The notes under the pieces: generated by a model
Seen by the model: the letters and a program-made list of their open reading frames with translations, nothing else
Told to the model about the DNA's origin: nothing
Database searches by the model: none
Assembly: GCA_016839785.1 (NCBI GenBank)
Contig: JAEOTQ010000025.1
Coordinates: forward strand, 1-38,931
Reading direction: 5' to 3'
Origin: Candidatus Hodarchaeota archaeon
GTDB lineage: Archaea > Asgardarchaeota > Heimdallarchaeia > Hodarchaeales > Hodarchaeaceae
Length of the DNA stretch: 38,931 nt
Position numbers and translations under genes: made by a program
Part shown: in pieces, positions 25,661 to 35,342 of the stretch
How positions within the stretch are numbered: position 1 is the stretch's first letter
Layout of the letters: each line of letters starts with the position of its first letter

Positions 25661-28350
25661 GATATCAAAAAAAAAGGACGAACGAAATGAATTTTCTCTC
25701 GCGATATTGGCGTAAAAAATTGATTGGTGACATCAAACAGCAGAAATTGTTGTTCTTTGCACTTTTTTTCCTTTGTATCTTTGGAGTGGGATCCTATGTA
25801 ACTCTCACGATGGGATACACAAATCTATATTCATCTTTAGATAAAATATACACAAAAACCAACTTTGCTGATGTAGAAATCAATACTCATTCTGATGTTT
25901 GGTACAATATATCAGAAGTAAATTCTTTTATTAATAATTATAGTATTTATTATCCTGAACTTGAGATGATTAATCATCGTCTCTTAGTGAATTCTGGCTA
26001 TAATTCATCGATTGATACAAAAGAATACACGCGGTATCAATTAACTGAAGGTCGAGCAATTGGATTAAATTGGAGTTTATCTGCAACTGAAAGAGTTAAT
26101 GGATTTATTTACAATGAAGGAACTGAACCAGTTCATCAGTTACAAAATAATTCAATTCTATTAGAAGCTCACTATGCTCATGTCTATGACTTACATGTTA
26201 ATGATTTTCTTCAAACGAAAATATATGGCCAAAAGTTCAATTTTACAATCCAAGGAATCGTTTATAATCCAGAATCACTTATTGTGATCCCGTCTCGTCA
26301 TGAATTTTTACCAAATAATCGTTTTGGAATAATTTATCTACCTTTAAAGATATTACACGAGTATACTAACCTGACTGGACTTGCAAATAACATCATAATT
26401 AGAGTCTCCGATAATTTATCCATTAAGGCTCGAAATCAAATAATTTCTGATTTTTACGTTAAGCTTAATGATCAAACCAATAATTCATTTACCTCACCAG
26501 TCTATCAAGAGTTCCAAGTATCAAATTGGGCATTAAATATGGATTTGGAAGAGATCCAGAAGATTGCTATTGCTCTCCCGGTTTTAATTCTTGCTGTAGC
26601 AAGTATTGCAATTTTTATTACATTAAATCGGCAAGTACAAAGCCAACGTCGAATAATAGGTATAGCCTCAAGTCTTGGTTATACCCCAGTCGATATTCTC
26701 CTTCATTACGCTTCTTTCTCCTTTATATTAGGACTAGTTGGGAGTGTCATTGGGATACTTTTAGGTGTTGGTTTATCTGGAGGTATAACATGGATTTATG
26801 CTTATTTCATGCTTTTCCCAGCAATAATTTCCATTGAATTACAACTCGGAGTCATTATTAGTGCTTTTATTATCGGAACATCAATAACGTTCATTAGTGG
26901 TATAATTCCAGCCATTAAAGCCAATCGTTTGTCACCCCGAGAAGCTCTTCAAGGAAATTTAATGATTAGTAAAGGGGGTCACTCTTTTTTTGAGAGAATC
27001 CTACGGATTCGCTCATTCAGGATTCGATTTACCGTACCTATCCGAAATTTTTTCAGGCAGAAATCACGGACTACTGCAACCATTATAGCTATATCTGCTT
27101 CTGTTATGATTTTAGTTGTATCAGGTGCCTTTAACGATTCAATAAATGGTGGAATATCCAGACAATTTACAGAGACATCTCAATACCATATGTCTGTGAG
27201 CTATGAAGGTTTTAAGTTTTCAGATCTTGGATTACTTGAAGATATTTCTTATATTAGTCAGCTACCAGGAGTTGAATCAGTGGACCCAGTCCTCGAGATC
27301 CCTTCCATTATAGAAACAAATGGTCGTAAGGAAGAAGTATTGATTATGGCTTGGAACTCCTCAAGTCCACAAACGCACAAATTTCAATGGACTTCTAAAG
27401 CTGATCAATTAATACCGAAGGATGGTCTCATTCTCACTTCTGGATTGGCTAGAAGTCTAGGTTCCTCAACTGGGGATACAGTTTCTTATGGATATCCAAG
27501 AATTCCCTATCTCGGTTCCGCCTATAAGGCAGCCGTTACTATTTGGAATCTTTGGGGAGGAGGCGATAGAAGTCGTAATGAAACGCTAGAGTACTTAACT
27601 TCTCTCATCACCCAAAACAAGGATACATTATCTTTCTCTAGCAATGCAGAGGAGATAAATTTTAGATATGAGGATATCACTGTTACTGGAGTATCAGAGG
27701 AAATCTGGGGGAGTATTATATATACTACGATTCAAACGCTAACTGATTCAATGGGTATTGATATTTTTAAAAATTCTTTTCTTGATATAGACTTATCCCC
27801 TTGTTCTAAGCTTATTTTAAAGATTAGTAATCCTAATAACCTAACTCTATTAGAAAATATTAAGACAGAAGTCAGCTCTCTCAGTGAAATTCGATCAATC
27901 ACCTTCGGTTATGATTTACGAAATTCCATCAACCAGACTTTGACAGCTTTCAATATAATTGTAATAATCTTCATATTTTTCGCCTGTATTCTAGCTGGAG
28001 CGTCTATTTTTACTACAATTCACATAAATTTCCAAGAACGATCCCGAGAAAGTGCTACTATGCTGACCCTCGGTTTATCTGATCAAGAGTTCTTATTTAT
28101 CATTTCAATCGAAAACTTTTTTCAGACCCTCTTAGGAATTTTAGGAGGGATACTCCCGGGCCTTTGGCTTGCTGATTGGATTTTAAGTAATGCTCTAAGA
28201 GTTTTTTATTTTCCCATTGTTGTTTCTATTCAGACTTGGCTGATAATTTGGGTGGGTGTTTTATTAATCGTCTTAGTATCCCAAATTCCAGCTATCGTTC
28301 AAGGAGTTAAAATGGATCTTGCAGAGGTCACAAAAGATATCTCAAGATGA
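25654..28350 (+). CDS. FtsX/MacB-like ABC permease (duplicated architecture)
   Basis: Two repeats of TM-extracellular domain-3TM; QRRIIGIASSLG and ERSRESATMLTLG; start overlaps the ATPase stop. Confidence 0.92.
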   Translation: MVRYQKKRTNEMNFLSRYWRKKLIGDIKQQKLLFFALFFLCIFGVGSYVTLTMGYTNLYSSLDKIYTKTNFADVEINTHSDVWYNISEVNSFINNYSIYYPELEMINHRLLVNSGYNSSIDTKEYTRYQLTEGRAIGLNWSLSATERVNGFIYNEGTEPVHQLQNNSILLEAHYAHVYDLHVNDFLQTKIYGQKFNFTIQGIVYNPESLIVIPSRHEFLPNNRFGIIYLPLKILHEYTNLTGLANNIIIRVSDNLSIKARNQIISDFYVKLNDQTNNSFTSPVYQEFQVSNWALNMDLEEIQKIAIALPVLILAVASIAIFITLNRQVQSQRRIIGIASSLGYTPVDILLHYASFSFILGLVGSVIGILLGVGLSGGITWIYAYFMLFPAIISIELQLGVIISAFIIGTSITFISGIIPAIKANRLSPREALQGNLMISKGGHSFFERILRIRSFRIRFTVPIRNFFRQKSRTTATIIAISASVMILVVSGAFNDSINGGISRQFTETSQYHMSVSYEGFKFSDLGLLEDISYISQLPGVESVDPVLEIPSIIETNGRKEEVLIMAWNSSSPQTHKFQWTSKADQLIPKDGLILTSGLARSLGSSTGDTVSYGYPRIPYLGSAYKAAVTIWNLWGGGDRSRNETLEYLTSLITQNKDTLSFSSNAEEINFRYEDITVTGVSEEIWGSIIYTTIQTLTDSMGIDIFKNSFLDIDLSPCSKLILKISNPNNLTLLENIKTEVSSLSEIRSITFGYDLRNSINQTLTAFNIIVIIFIFFACILAGASIFTTIHINFQERSRESATMLTLGLSDQEFLFIISIENFFQTLLGILGGILPGLWLADWILSNALRVFYFPIVVSIQTWLIIWVGVLLIVLVSQIPAIVQGVKMDLAEVTKDISR

Positions 28351-28485
28351 TTACATTAGAATCGTTTATCTGCAGTATGAGAATATGTGTTAAAAGGCGT
28401 ATGAATGTATCCTATGATATCATATTCAACTTTTAAACTCATAGAAATGTTAACCTCTTTTCTAAAGCCTTATTATGATTCACAA

Positions 28486-29916
28486 TCAATCTTCAGAGGT
28501 GGGAATATTAGCTACAACTCGCCCATCATGTTTTAGATCGATTAAATCACGTTGATGCAGCGGTTGGAGTTGGTTCTCTAACACAATTGGATCCATGCCC
28601 ACACTTTTTGCTAACGCTTCTAGACTCATTTCCCCATTCATACGAATAAGAATCGTAATAGGCGCATAATTCGATAATGAGAGTACCTGTTCAATATAAT
28701 CATTGATGTTTCTAACTTTAGTTAAAGCTTGTGTAGTAACTTTAGTGAGCTTTATATCTGATTCCTGATCTTTTGCTTCTTTTAGCTCTGCTTTAATTCC
28801 ATCAATTTTAATTTTATATTCCGTAATAGTCTTGGATAAACCATCATTTGCCTCCATTAGCTCTGTTATCTGTGTATCCATTTCTTTTGTTTTTTCTTCT
28901 AGCAAAGCATTACTAGAGGTTAATTCTGTTATTTGAGTCTGTAGGTCTTTCGATATTTCCCCTCTTTTTTCCTGAGCTTCAAGCAATTTTGATTCTAATT
29001 CCTGTATTTCAAGTTGGAATTGCTTAGTTTTTTCTCTTAAACGAGTTTTTGCTGACTCTTCATATTCTTCCTTAACTTTGGCTAATGAAATTTGATATTG
29101 CTCATCATTGAATTTGTATTTTTCCTGTTGCTCTTGGATTAATTTCTGATATTCTTCTTGTTGTTCAGAATAAGCACTCGCCCATGTAGCCATTGCTTCA
29201 GATGCTTGTGATTCCATCAAAGAGTTTAATCTTGTCACTTCAGCTGATTTTTCAATTAATTCCATTTGTAAGGAGGCATTTTTTTCTTCAAGTGTTTTGA
29301 AAAGTTCATCTTTGTCAGTAACCTTTGTTGATTTGTCATTTAAGTCGCTTAAAGTCTCCTCCAACTGGAATGATAAATTCTCATTCGCAGTTTTCTCTTC
29401 TATCAGTAGGTTCTGCATTTCTTTTCGATAATTGGAAAATTTTGCCTCAATATCTAAAAATTCTTTTTCTTTTGCCGTTAATTGTTCTTCTAATGACTCT
29501 TTCAGATGATTTAGGCGGGATAATTCACCTGCTTGATTTTTTAGCTTTTCTTGATCTTCTTGAGCAAATTTTTCACCCTCTTCCATAGTATCAAACGATT
29601 CATCGTCAATTAACATATTTTTTATCCAATTAAAAGAGCTCATTGTTATACGTGTTAATTGGCTTTCAATGGTTCTATTAACATCCTCATCAAATGATTT
29701 CAATAAAGTATCTACATGTAATCTATCTTCATGCCGAGTAATGATATTGGACCGATTCATCAAGTCATTTTTGAACCCACTGATAGACACCCCCAATGTC
29801 TGAATCGCTATTTTTCTATCCTTAGCCATGTCTTTAATAAATTCTAACCCATATTTTCGTAATTTGGATTCATTTTTTTCATCCATTGCCGCCAAAGGTA
29901 TCACTTCATTCGTCAT
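28486..29916 (-). CDS. Long coiled-coil protein with C-terminal winged-helix domain
   Basis: About 290 aa of E/K/Q/L heptad-like sequence; C-terminal GEMSLEALAKSVGMDPIVLENQLQPLHQRDLIDL. Confidence 0.75.
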   Translation of the reverse strand: MTNEVIPLAAMDEKNESKLRKYGLEFIKDMAKDRKIAIQTLGVSISGFKNDLMNRSNIITRHEDRLHVDTLLKSFDEDVNRTIESQLTRITMSSFNWIKNMLIDDESFDTMEEGEKFAQEDQEKLKNQAGELSRLNHLKESLEEQLTAKEKEFLDIEAKFSNYRKEMQNLLIEEKTANENLSFQLEETLSDLNDKSTKVTDKDELFKTLEEKNASLQMELIEKSAEVTRLNSLMESQASEAMATWASAYSEQQEEYQKLIQEQQEKYKFNDEQYQISLAKVKEEYEESAKTRLREKTKQFQLEIQELESKLLEAQEKRGEISKDLQTQITELTSSNALLEEKTKEMDTQITELMEANDGLSKTITEYKIKIDGIKAELKEAKDQESDIKLTKVTTQALTKVRNINDYIEQVLSLSNYAPITILIRMNGEMSLEALAKSVGMDPIVLENQLQPLHQRDLIDLKHDGRVVANIPTSED

Positions 29917-30002
29917 AGGGTAGTCCTATATGAGTCAAGTACAAACGGTACAGTAAAAATATTTGCCTACAAGTGAGGTTTTGTTATGAAAATTCTCGGC
30001 TA

Positions 30003-31031
30003 TTATTTCCATATATTGCTTGTATTGCAGGGAACGGGAATATCTTTCATGGTAAAAAGTCCTGCACTAGATTTATAAGCATGAGGAATTAAATTTGCTA
30101 CCATAGCTGCCGTACCAAGATCTCCATGTATCCCTCCTATTATCTTTTGATTAATATTCGGTGTTCCCTTAATACTCACCCTGTCAAATTCCTCTTGATC
30201 CCCTGCATAAGCAATAAAATCCATTGAAATCATAACTTCTCCTGTTTCTGGATTTCTGTAGGTAGCACTGCTTTTTAATCCACAAACATGCCCCTTTTGA
30301 ACCGATTCGTTATAAGAAGTCATAAATTCCTTTGAGGTGAGAACTGGTTCTGGTGAATTTTCCACGATCCTCCCATCAGGCAGACCTAAGGCTCCAAGGA
30401 TCATTTGTATCGACTCTGTTAATCCTACATGACCTGTAATCTCCTTTTTCTTAATTTTTTCCTGAAATTCGCTTGGAGATAAACCAGTACCTATTTTTCG
30501 TTGAAAAGGTTCCCTCCTTTTAGATGAATTCATCATTCGCGTAATAGAAATCCCCTCTACTCTCTGACAGGGAGCTGTCAACACAATTGGTAGTAAATCC
30601 ATTAAGAAACCAGGATTAATGCCTGTACCGATCACAGCACACTGATTTTCTTTGGCTAATTCGTCTAACTCAATCGAAAGTTCAGGATGGTTAACATATG
30701 GATAAGAAAGTTCTTCACATATAGAAATAACATTTACACCCTTAGCTAAAACCTCTTTAATAGTTGATGCAGTATTTAGTAAAGAGGAAGACGTGGCAAC
30801 AACAGCTACATCGACTTGGTTATTAATCAGGATAGGTTGAACACTTTTTTGAACTAATATGTTAGGAGCTGTTGAAATTTTTAAGATATCATTTAAAGAT
30901 TTACCCAGAAGCTCGGAATCAATATCTACAACTCCTAGAAGATTGATATTCTCACGAGAAACTAATAGATGAGTAATGAGCTTGCCCATTGGGCCTAAAC
31001 CAATCTGTACGACATTAAAACTTTCAGCCAT
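30003..31031 (-). CDS. NAD(P)-dependent amine dehydrogenase, 2,4-diaminopentanoate dehydrogenase (Ord)/DapB-like family
   Basis: QIGLGPMG, NVISICEEL, GTGINPGFLMD, GHVGL, GIHGDLGT. Confidence 0.85.
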   Translation of the reverse strand: MAESFNVVQIGLGPMGKLITHLLVSRENINLLGVVDIDSELLGKSLNDILKISTAPNILVQKSVQPILINNQVDVAVVATSSSLLNTASTIKEVLAKGVNVISICEELSYPYVNHPELSIELDELAKENQCAVIGTGINPGFLMDLLPIVLTAPCQRVEGISITRMMNSSKRREPFQRKIGTGLSPSEFQEKIKKKEITGHVGLTESIQMILGALGLPDGRIVENSPEPVLTSKEFMTSYNESVQKGHVCGLKSSATYRNPETGEVMISMDFIAYAGDQEEFDRVSIKGTPNINQKIIGGIHGDLGTAAMVANLIPHAYKSSAGLFTMKDIPVPCNTSNIWK

Positions 31032-31043
31032 TTTAATTCAGCC

Positions 31044-32009
31044 TTACCTATAATTGTTTGAGTTAAAGAATTTTTCTGCATTCTTCCAATAGAAATGTTC
31101 TAAAATTTCTTTAGGAAGATTTAATCCATTAATATAAGTTGGAGGATTTTGATTATCTTCATCAGGAAATGGAAGTTCAACATCTTGTAAATTACTTTCC
31201 CAAAATATTCTTTGAGACCAATAACGAGTGGCTAAGTACTCTTTATCGCGATCTTCCCATCCAACTGATAAATCTGTAGCAAAAAGAATTCTCTTGTAAT
31301 GTTTGTCGAAAAATGCTCTAGTTTGTTTGGTATTTCTCCCTAATTCCCTAATCATCCATTTTGTTGAAGCCGTATCAATGTAAAGGTTCGGAAAATCATT
31401 CAAATCTTGAGAAGCTTGTTGTAAATTTTCTGGAAGACTATGAAAGTGTACGCTAATTATTTTTAAAGAATTATACTTTCTCAAAATTGTTCGAAACTCA
31501 TCTAATGCCTGTTCTTTGGTTCTATATCGCCCCACATCTTGGTATTTCGTAGAATACCAAATATCTGGGTCAGCAACATGAATATCCATTGGAATTTTAT
31601 AATCTTCAATTGAGGCAAACACAGGATCAAATATTGGCAAAGTAAGTGAAAAAGATTTATCTGCTTCAAAAAAATCAAGGAATCTAGGGCCAAACCATAA
31701 TTTGACCATTGAATATTCTTCAGAATGAGCTTCCTCAATGGCGTTAAGGATTCTCTCTGGTTCATGACTTGCAAAAGCGTCAATTGGTAGATAATAAGCA
31801 AATGTGATCAAATCTTCATGTCCAGCTTCTTCAAGAGATTTTTTTACATCAGGTGCAGCGATTCCCATAAAATGATGCACACCATACTCACGACCAACCT
31901 TTAGTAAAGGTTCAAACGCATCAGCACTCCATATATGAACATGAGAGTCCCAGATCTTTGTATTAAGCTTAGAGAGTCCATTCGTTGGATTAGAAAGATC
32001 AAAGTTCAT
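31044..32009 (-). CDS. Amidohydrolase_2 family metal-dependent hydrolase
   Basis: DSHVH, IHVAD, VH, YIDTAS, RILFATD, YWKNAEK. Confidence 0.85.
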   Translation of the reverse strand: MNFDLSNPTNGLSKLNTKIWDSHVHIWSADAFEPLLKVGREYGVHHFMGIAAPDVKKSLEEAGHEDLITFAYYLPIDAFASHEPERILNAIEEAHSEEYSMVKLWFGPRFLDFFEADKSFSLTLPIFDPVFASIEDYKIPMDIHVADPDIWYSTKYQDVGRYRTKEQALDEFRTILRKYNSLKIISVHFHSLPENLQQASQDLNDFPNLYIDTASTKWMIRELGRNTKQTRAFFDKHYKRILFATDLSVGWEDRDKEYLATRYWSQRIFWESNLQDVELPFPDEDNQNPPTYINGLNLPKEILEHFYWKNAEKFFNSNNYR

Positions 32010-32232
32010 GGTACCGCAATTTTTTTCTCAATGCCATAAATATGATGTTTATAGAGAGGAAAATTCGAGAAAAAAAAAGAATCATTAAATGTAAATAACT
32101 TCTGATAATCGAACACAAAAGTCATGAAGAATGGGGAATTATCCAAATAAAAACCGATACAATAGGTAAATAGAAGAAAGTGAAAGTATATTTCCTTATC
32201 ATACAATATCAAAGTCAAATTGATAGACGGAT

Positions 32233-32976
32233 TTGAAACTAATGTCTAACTCCCCTCCTCTATTATTAAAAGCTATTCTTTTTGATTTTGATGGGACATT
32301 GGTCGACACAAAAACGTATTACTTTGGATTGATTGCTGATTATCTTGGTACGGACCGTGAGGATACTATTTCTCTAGCGGGTAATTTAATCGAAAGAAAA
32401 TTATTACCTAAAGATGTAAACGTAAGATGGAAGATAATAAAAGCTTCTTATCAAGTTTCACGAAAATTGGGATTTGGAATCCTACGTTCTCTAAGAGCTG
32501 TCTGGTTTCTTTCACAAAACCATTCTAAAAAATTCTCTTCCGCACAACCAACAGAAGGAACTATTCAAGGATTAAATAGATTAAAGGAACAAGGAATTCA
32601 ACTAGGAATTATCAGTTATACTTCGCGCAATAAAATCTCATCCTTTCTAAAAAAATATTTTCAGGAGGGTACTATTATACCAGAGAGGAATATTTTAGCA
32701 AAAGGAGATTTTGGAAAATCGAAGGAAGATGGGATTGAAAAGTTTCTAAAATTATTTGACCTGAAACAACAAAAGCAATTGTGTGCCATTGTTGGGGATT
32801 TAGGAGGGGATATTATTTCAGGAAATAATCTTGGTATCACAACCATTGGATTGACAACTGGATATGCTCCAGCAAATATATTAAAGATGGTAAATCCCTC
32901 AAGGGTATATAATAATTTAACAGAGCTGGCTGAAGTTGTCAAAATTCCTTCTAACAAGGTTCTATCCAAGCCTTAG
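32233..32976 (+). CDS. HAD-superfamily hydrolase (phosphoglycolate phosphatase-like)
   Basis: FDFDGTLVDT, GIIS, K, VGDLGGDI. Confidence 0.9.
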   Translation: MKLMSNSPPLLLKAILFDFDGTLVDTKTYYFGLIADYLGTDREDTISLAGNLIERKLLPKDVNVRWKIIKASYQVSRKLGFGILRSLRAVWFLSQNHSKKFSSAQPTEGTIQGLNRLKEQGIQLGIISYTSRNKISSFLKKYFQEGTIIPERNILAKGDFGKSKEDGIEKFLKLFDLKQQKQLCAIVGDLGGDIISGNNLGITTIGLTTGYAPANILKMVNPSRVYNNLTELAEVVKIPSNKVLSKP

Positions 32977-34465
32977 CTTTCGTGACTGCTTTATTCCAGA
33001 AGTGAACGAGTTTTGTCCGTTCCTCATCCACCATATTTGGATTAAAGACTCTATCAACAATCCATTTTTTTCTAAGCTCCTCGAAGTCATGCCAGAAATC
33101 TACTGCTAAACCTGCAGCATATGCTGCTCCTAGCGCTGTCGTTTCCTTGATTTTCGGTCTAACACATTCAATACCCAATATATCAGCCTGAAATTGCATT
33201 AATAAGTTATTTTTCGATGCACCTCCATCTACCCGCAAACTAGATAAGTTAACCTTGCTATCTACCTCCATTGCTTTAAATACATCCAAAGATTGAAAAG
33301 CAATCGATTCTAATACTGCACGAGTAATATGTGCTCTGTCACTTCCTCTAGTTAGACCCACAATTGTACCACGGGCAGTTATATCCCAATGGGGAGAAAA
33401 TAGTCCAACAAATGCGGGTACAAAATAAACTCCTCCATTGTTTTGCACAGAGGATGCCAATTCTTCTGATTCTTTTGCTGTTGAAAAGAAGTTTAATTGA
33501 TCCCTAAGCCACTGTACAGCTGCACCACTAATGGCAACACTTCCTTCGAGTGCATATGTAATGTCCTTACCTACTCCATAACCTACTGTTGTAAGTAATC
33601 CCGATTCCGACTTGACTATATTCTTTCCAGTATTCATTAGTAAGAAGTTGCCTGTTCCGTAAGTATTCTTCGCATTTCCGGTTTCAAAGCAAGTTTGCCC
33701 AAATAAAGCCGCTTGTTGATCACCGAGATCGCCGCTTACAGGGGGCCCATCTCCAGAGGTACATTTGACATATCCATATATATTTGCGTCACTAGAGGGA
33801 CGTATTTCAGGTAACATTGAACGAGGGACTTTCAGAATTTCAAGTAAGTCATCATCCCAGTCCAATGTTTTTAGATTCATCAACATTGTACGAGAAGCAT
33901 TAGTACAATCTGTAACATGAACACCCCCCTTAGTACCTCCAGTCAAATTCCAAATGATCCATGTATCAATATTACCAAATAAAAGCTGACCATTTGCTGC
34001 CTTTGAGTGTGAATCACTTTTATTATCCAATAACCACTTAATTTTTGGGCCTGAAAAGTAAGTTGCGGTCAATAGACCCGTACGAGCTTTAATCTCTTCT
34101 TCAAAACCGTCTTTTTTTACTGATTCACAAATTTCATTAGTTCGAGTACACTGCCAAACTATAGCATTAAAAATCGGAATCCCTGAATTCTTATCCCACA
34201 CAACCGTTGTTTCACGCTGATTCGTGATACCAATAGCTTTTAAATCCATGATAGATAATTTTACGGATTGAAGGGCTTTACGCATAACATATTCTGTATT
34301 TCTCCATATCTCCTGTGGATCATGTTCAACCCACCCAGGTTTGGGAAAGATTTGTTCATGTTCTTTATAATACGAACCAAATATATTGCTATCGTGGTCA
34401 AAAATCATAAATCTTGTGCCTGTAGTCCCCTGATCAATTGCACCAATGTATTTTTCCTTTGCCAA
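32951..34465 (-). CDS. glpK: Glycerol kinase
   Basis: AIDQGTTGTR, GITNQRET, YFSGPK, GDQQAALFG, KNTYGTG, RVDGG; TTG 34465 with SD GGAGTG preferred over the track start 34537. Confidence 0.97.
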   Translation of the reverse strand: MAKEKYIGAIDQGTTGTRFMIFDHDSNIFGSYYKEHEQIFPKPGWVEHDPQEIWRNTEYVMRKALQSVKLSIMDLKAIGITNQRETTVVWDKNSGIPIFNAIVWQCTRTNEICESVKKDGFEEEIKARTGLLTATYFSGPKIKWLLDNKSDSHSKAANGQLLFGNIDTWIIWNLTGGTKGGVHVTDCTNASRTMLMNLKTLDWDDDLLEILKVPRSMLPEIRPSSDANIYGYVKCTSGDGPPVSGDLGDQQAALFGQTCFETGNAKNTYGTGNFLLMNTGKNIVKSESGLLTTVGYGVGKDITYALEGSVAISGAAVQWLRDQLNFFSTAKESEELASSVQNNGGVYFVPAFVGLFSPHWDITARGTIVGLTRGSDRAHITRAVLESIAFQSLDVFKAMEVDSKVNLSSLRVDGGASKNNLLMQFQADILGIECVRPKIKETTALGAAYAAGLAVDFWHDFEELRKKWIVDRVFNPNMVDEERTKLVHFWNKAVTKAKAWIEPC

Positions 34466-34554
34466 AGAGATAACACACTCCAAAATTCTGACTCTGGATA
34501 ATAAAAGCTCCAACAATTCGATACTGAGCTTATTCAAAACTGATAAGCTTATTC

Positions 34555-35088
34555 TTAATCAAATTCTTTATCTATTTTTCTTTTCACCTGATCCAAGAGA
34601 GATTGGTTTTCGCCAAAATTACATCTAAGGACAATATAATCGAATATGAGTTCAAATTTTTGTAAAAAATCATCAAATATGGATTCACGAACGACTATTA
34701 TATTTCCCCGAGGACGTGATAAAACTGTTTTGAGTACAGAAGAATATCCTTTTCCATTCATTTCCAAGATGCCAATTTCATCAATGAAAAGGAAATCAGA
34801 ATACTGTCCCTGCTTAATATGTTCTTTTGCGAGAGTTAAGTTTTCCTTACTGACTCGAAATTTGCCCACTGAAACAGCTGATTCGTGACTCCTTGCTTCA
34901 AATAACACCCTTTTATCACTTTGAATTAAAAAGAACCACCGTACTGTGTTTTGAATTGTAATAACTCCACCAACAGTGAGTTCACGCTTCTGAATATGAT
35001 GTAGAATATCAAGACACAGGGTAGATTTCCCTGATTTGCGAGGACCTGTAATTAAAAAAGAGGGATTCTTATCCACCATAATCATCAA
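34555..35088 (-). CDS. Nucleoside-triphosphatase (THEP1/NTPase_1-like P-loop)
   Basis: ITGPRKSGKS, VGGVIT, VGKFRV, FIDEIGILE. Confidence 0.85.
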   Translation of the reverse strand: MMIMVDKNPSFLITGPRKSGKSTLCLDILHHIQKRELTVGGVITIQNTVRWFFLIQSDKRVLFEARSHESAVSVGKFRVSKENLTLAKEHIKQGQYSDFLFIDEIGILEMNGKGYSSVLKTVLSRPRGNIIVVRESIFDDFLQKFELIFDYIVLRCNFGENQSLLDQVKRKIDKEFD

Positions 35089-35298
35089 AATTTCGTTTTG
35101 TTTTTTTGAAGAGTTTTATCGGAAAAAGTCCTAGGATTTTCCACACTTGATAAATCATTGAGATTGCTGTTCTAGAATGATCTATTTTTAACAAGTGATA
35201 TTCATTAACAATCCAGATGTAATATATGAACTTTGAGGTGAAATTGTTCACTTAAAAATACAAATAGGTCAAATATTGAGTAAGTCTGAGAGAAAAGG

Positions 35299-35334
35299 TG
35301 GTTTTTAAGGAAATATTTATCTCCCTAAAAACCA
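35299..35334 (-). terminator. Hairpin downstream of radA
   Basis: TGGTTTTTA...TAAAAACCA inverted repeat, followed on the minus strand by CCTTTTCTCTC. Confidence 0.45.
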
Positions 35335-35342
35335 GGATTTGA

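Noticed and set aside
28486-29916. SMC/Rad50 annotation for the coiled-coil protein
   Set aside because: No Walker A/B, signature motif, hinge or zinc hook
32006-32218. 70-aa F/Y-rich ORF (likewise 35069-35251)
   Set aside because: Composition reflects T-rich promoter DNA between genes; no motif
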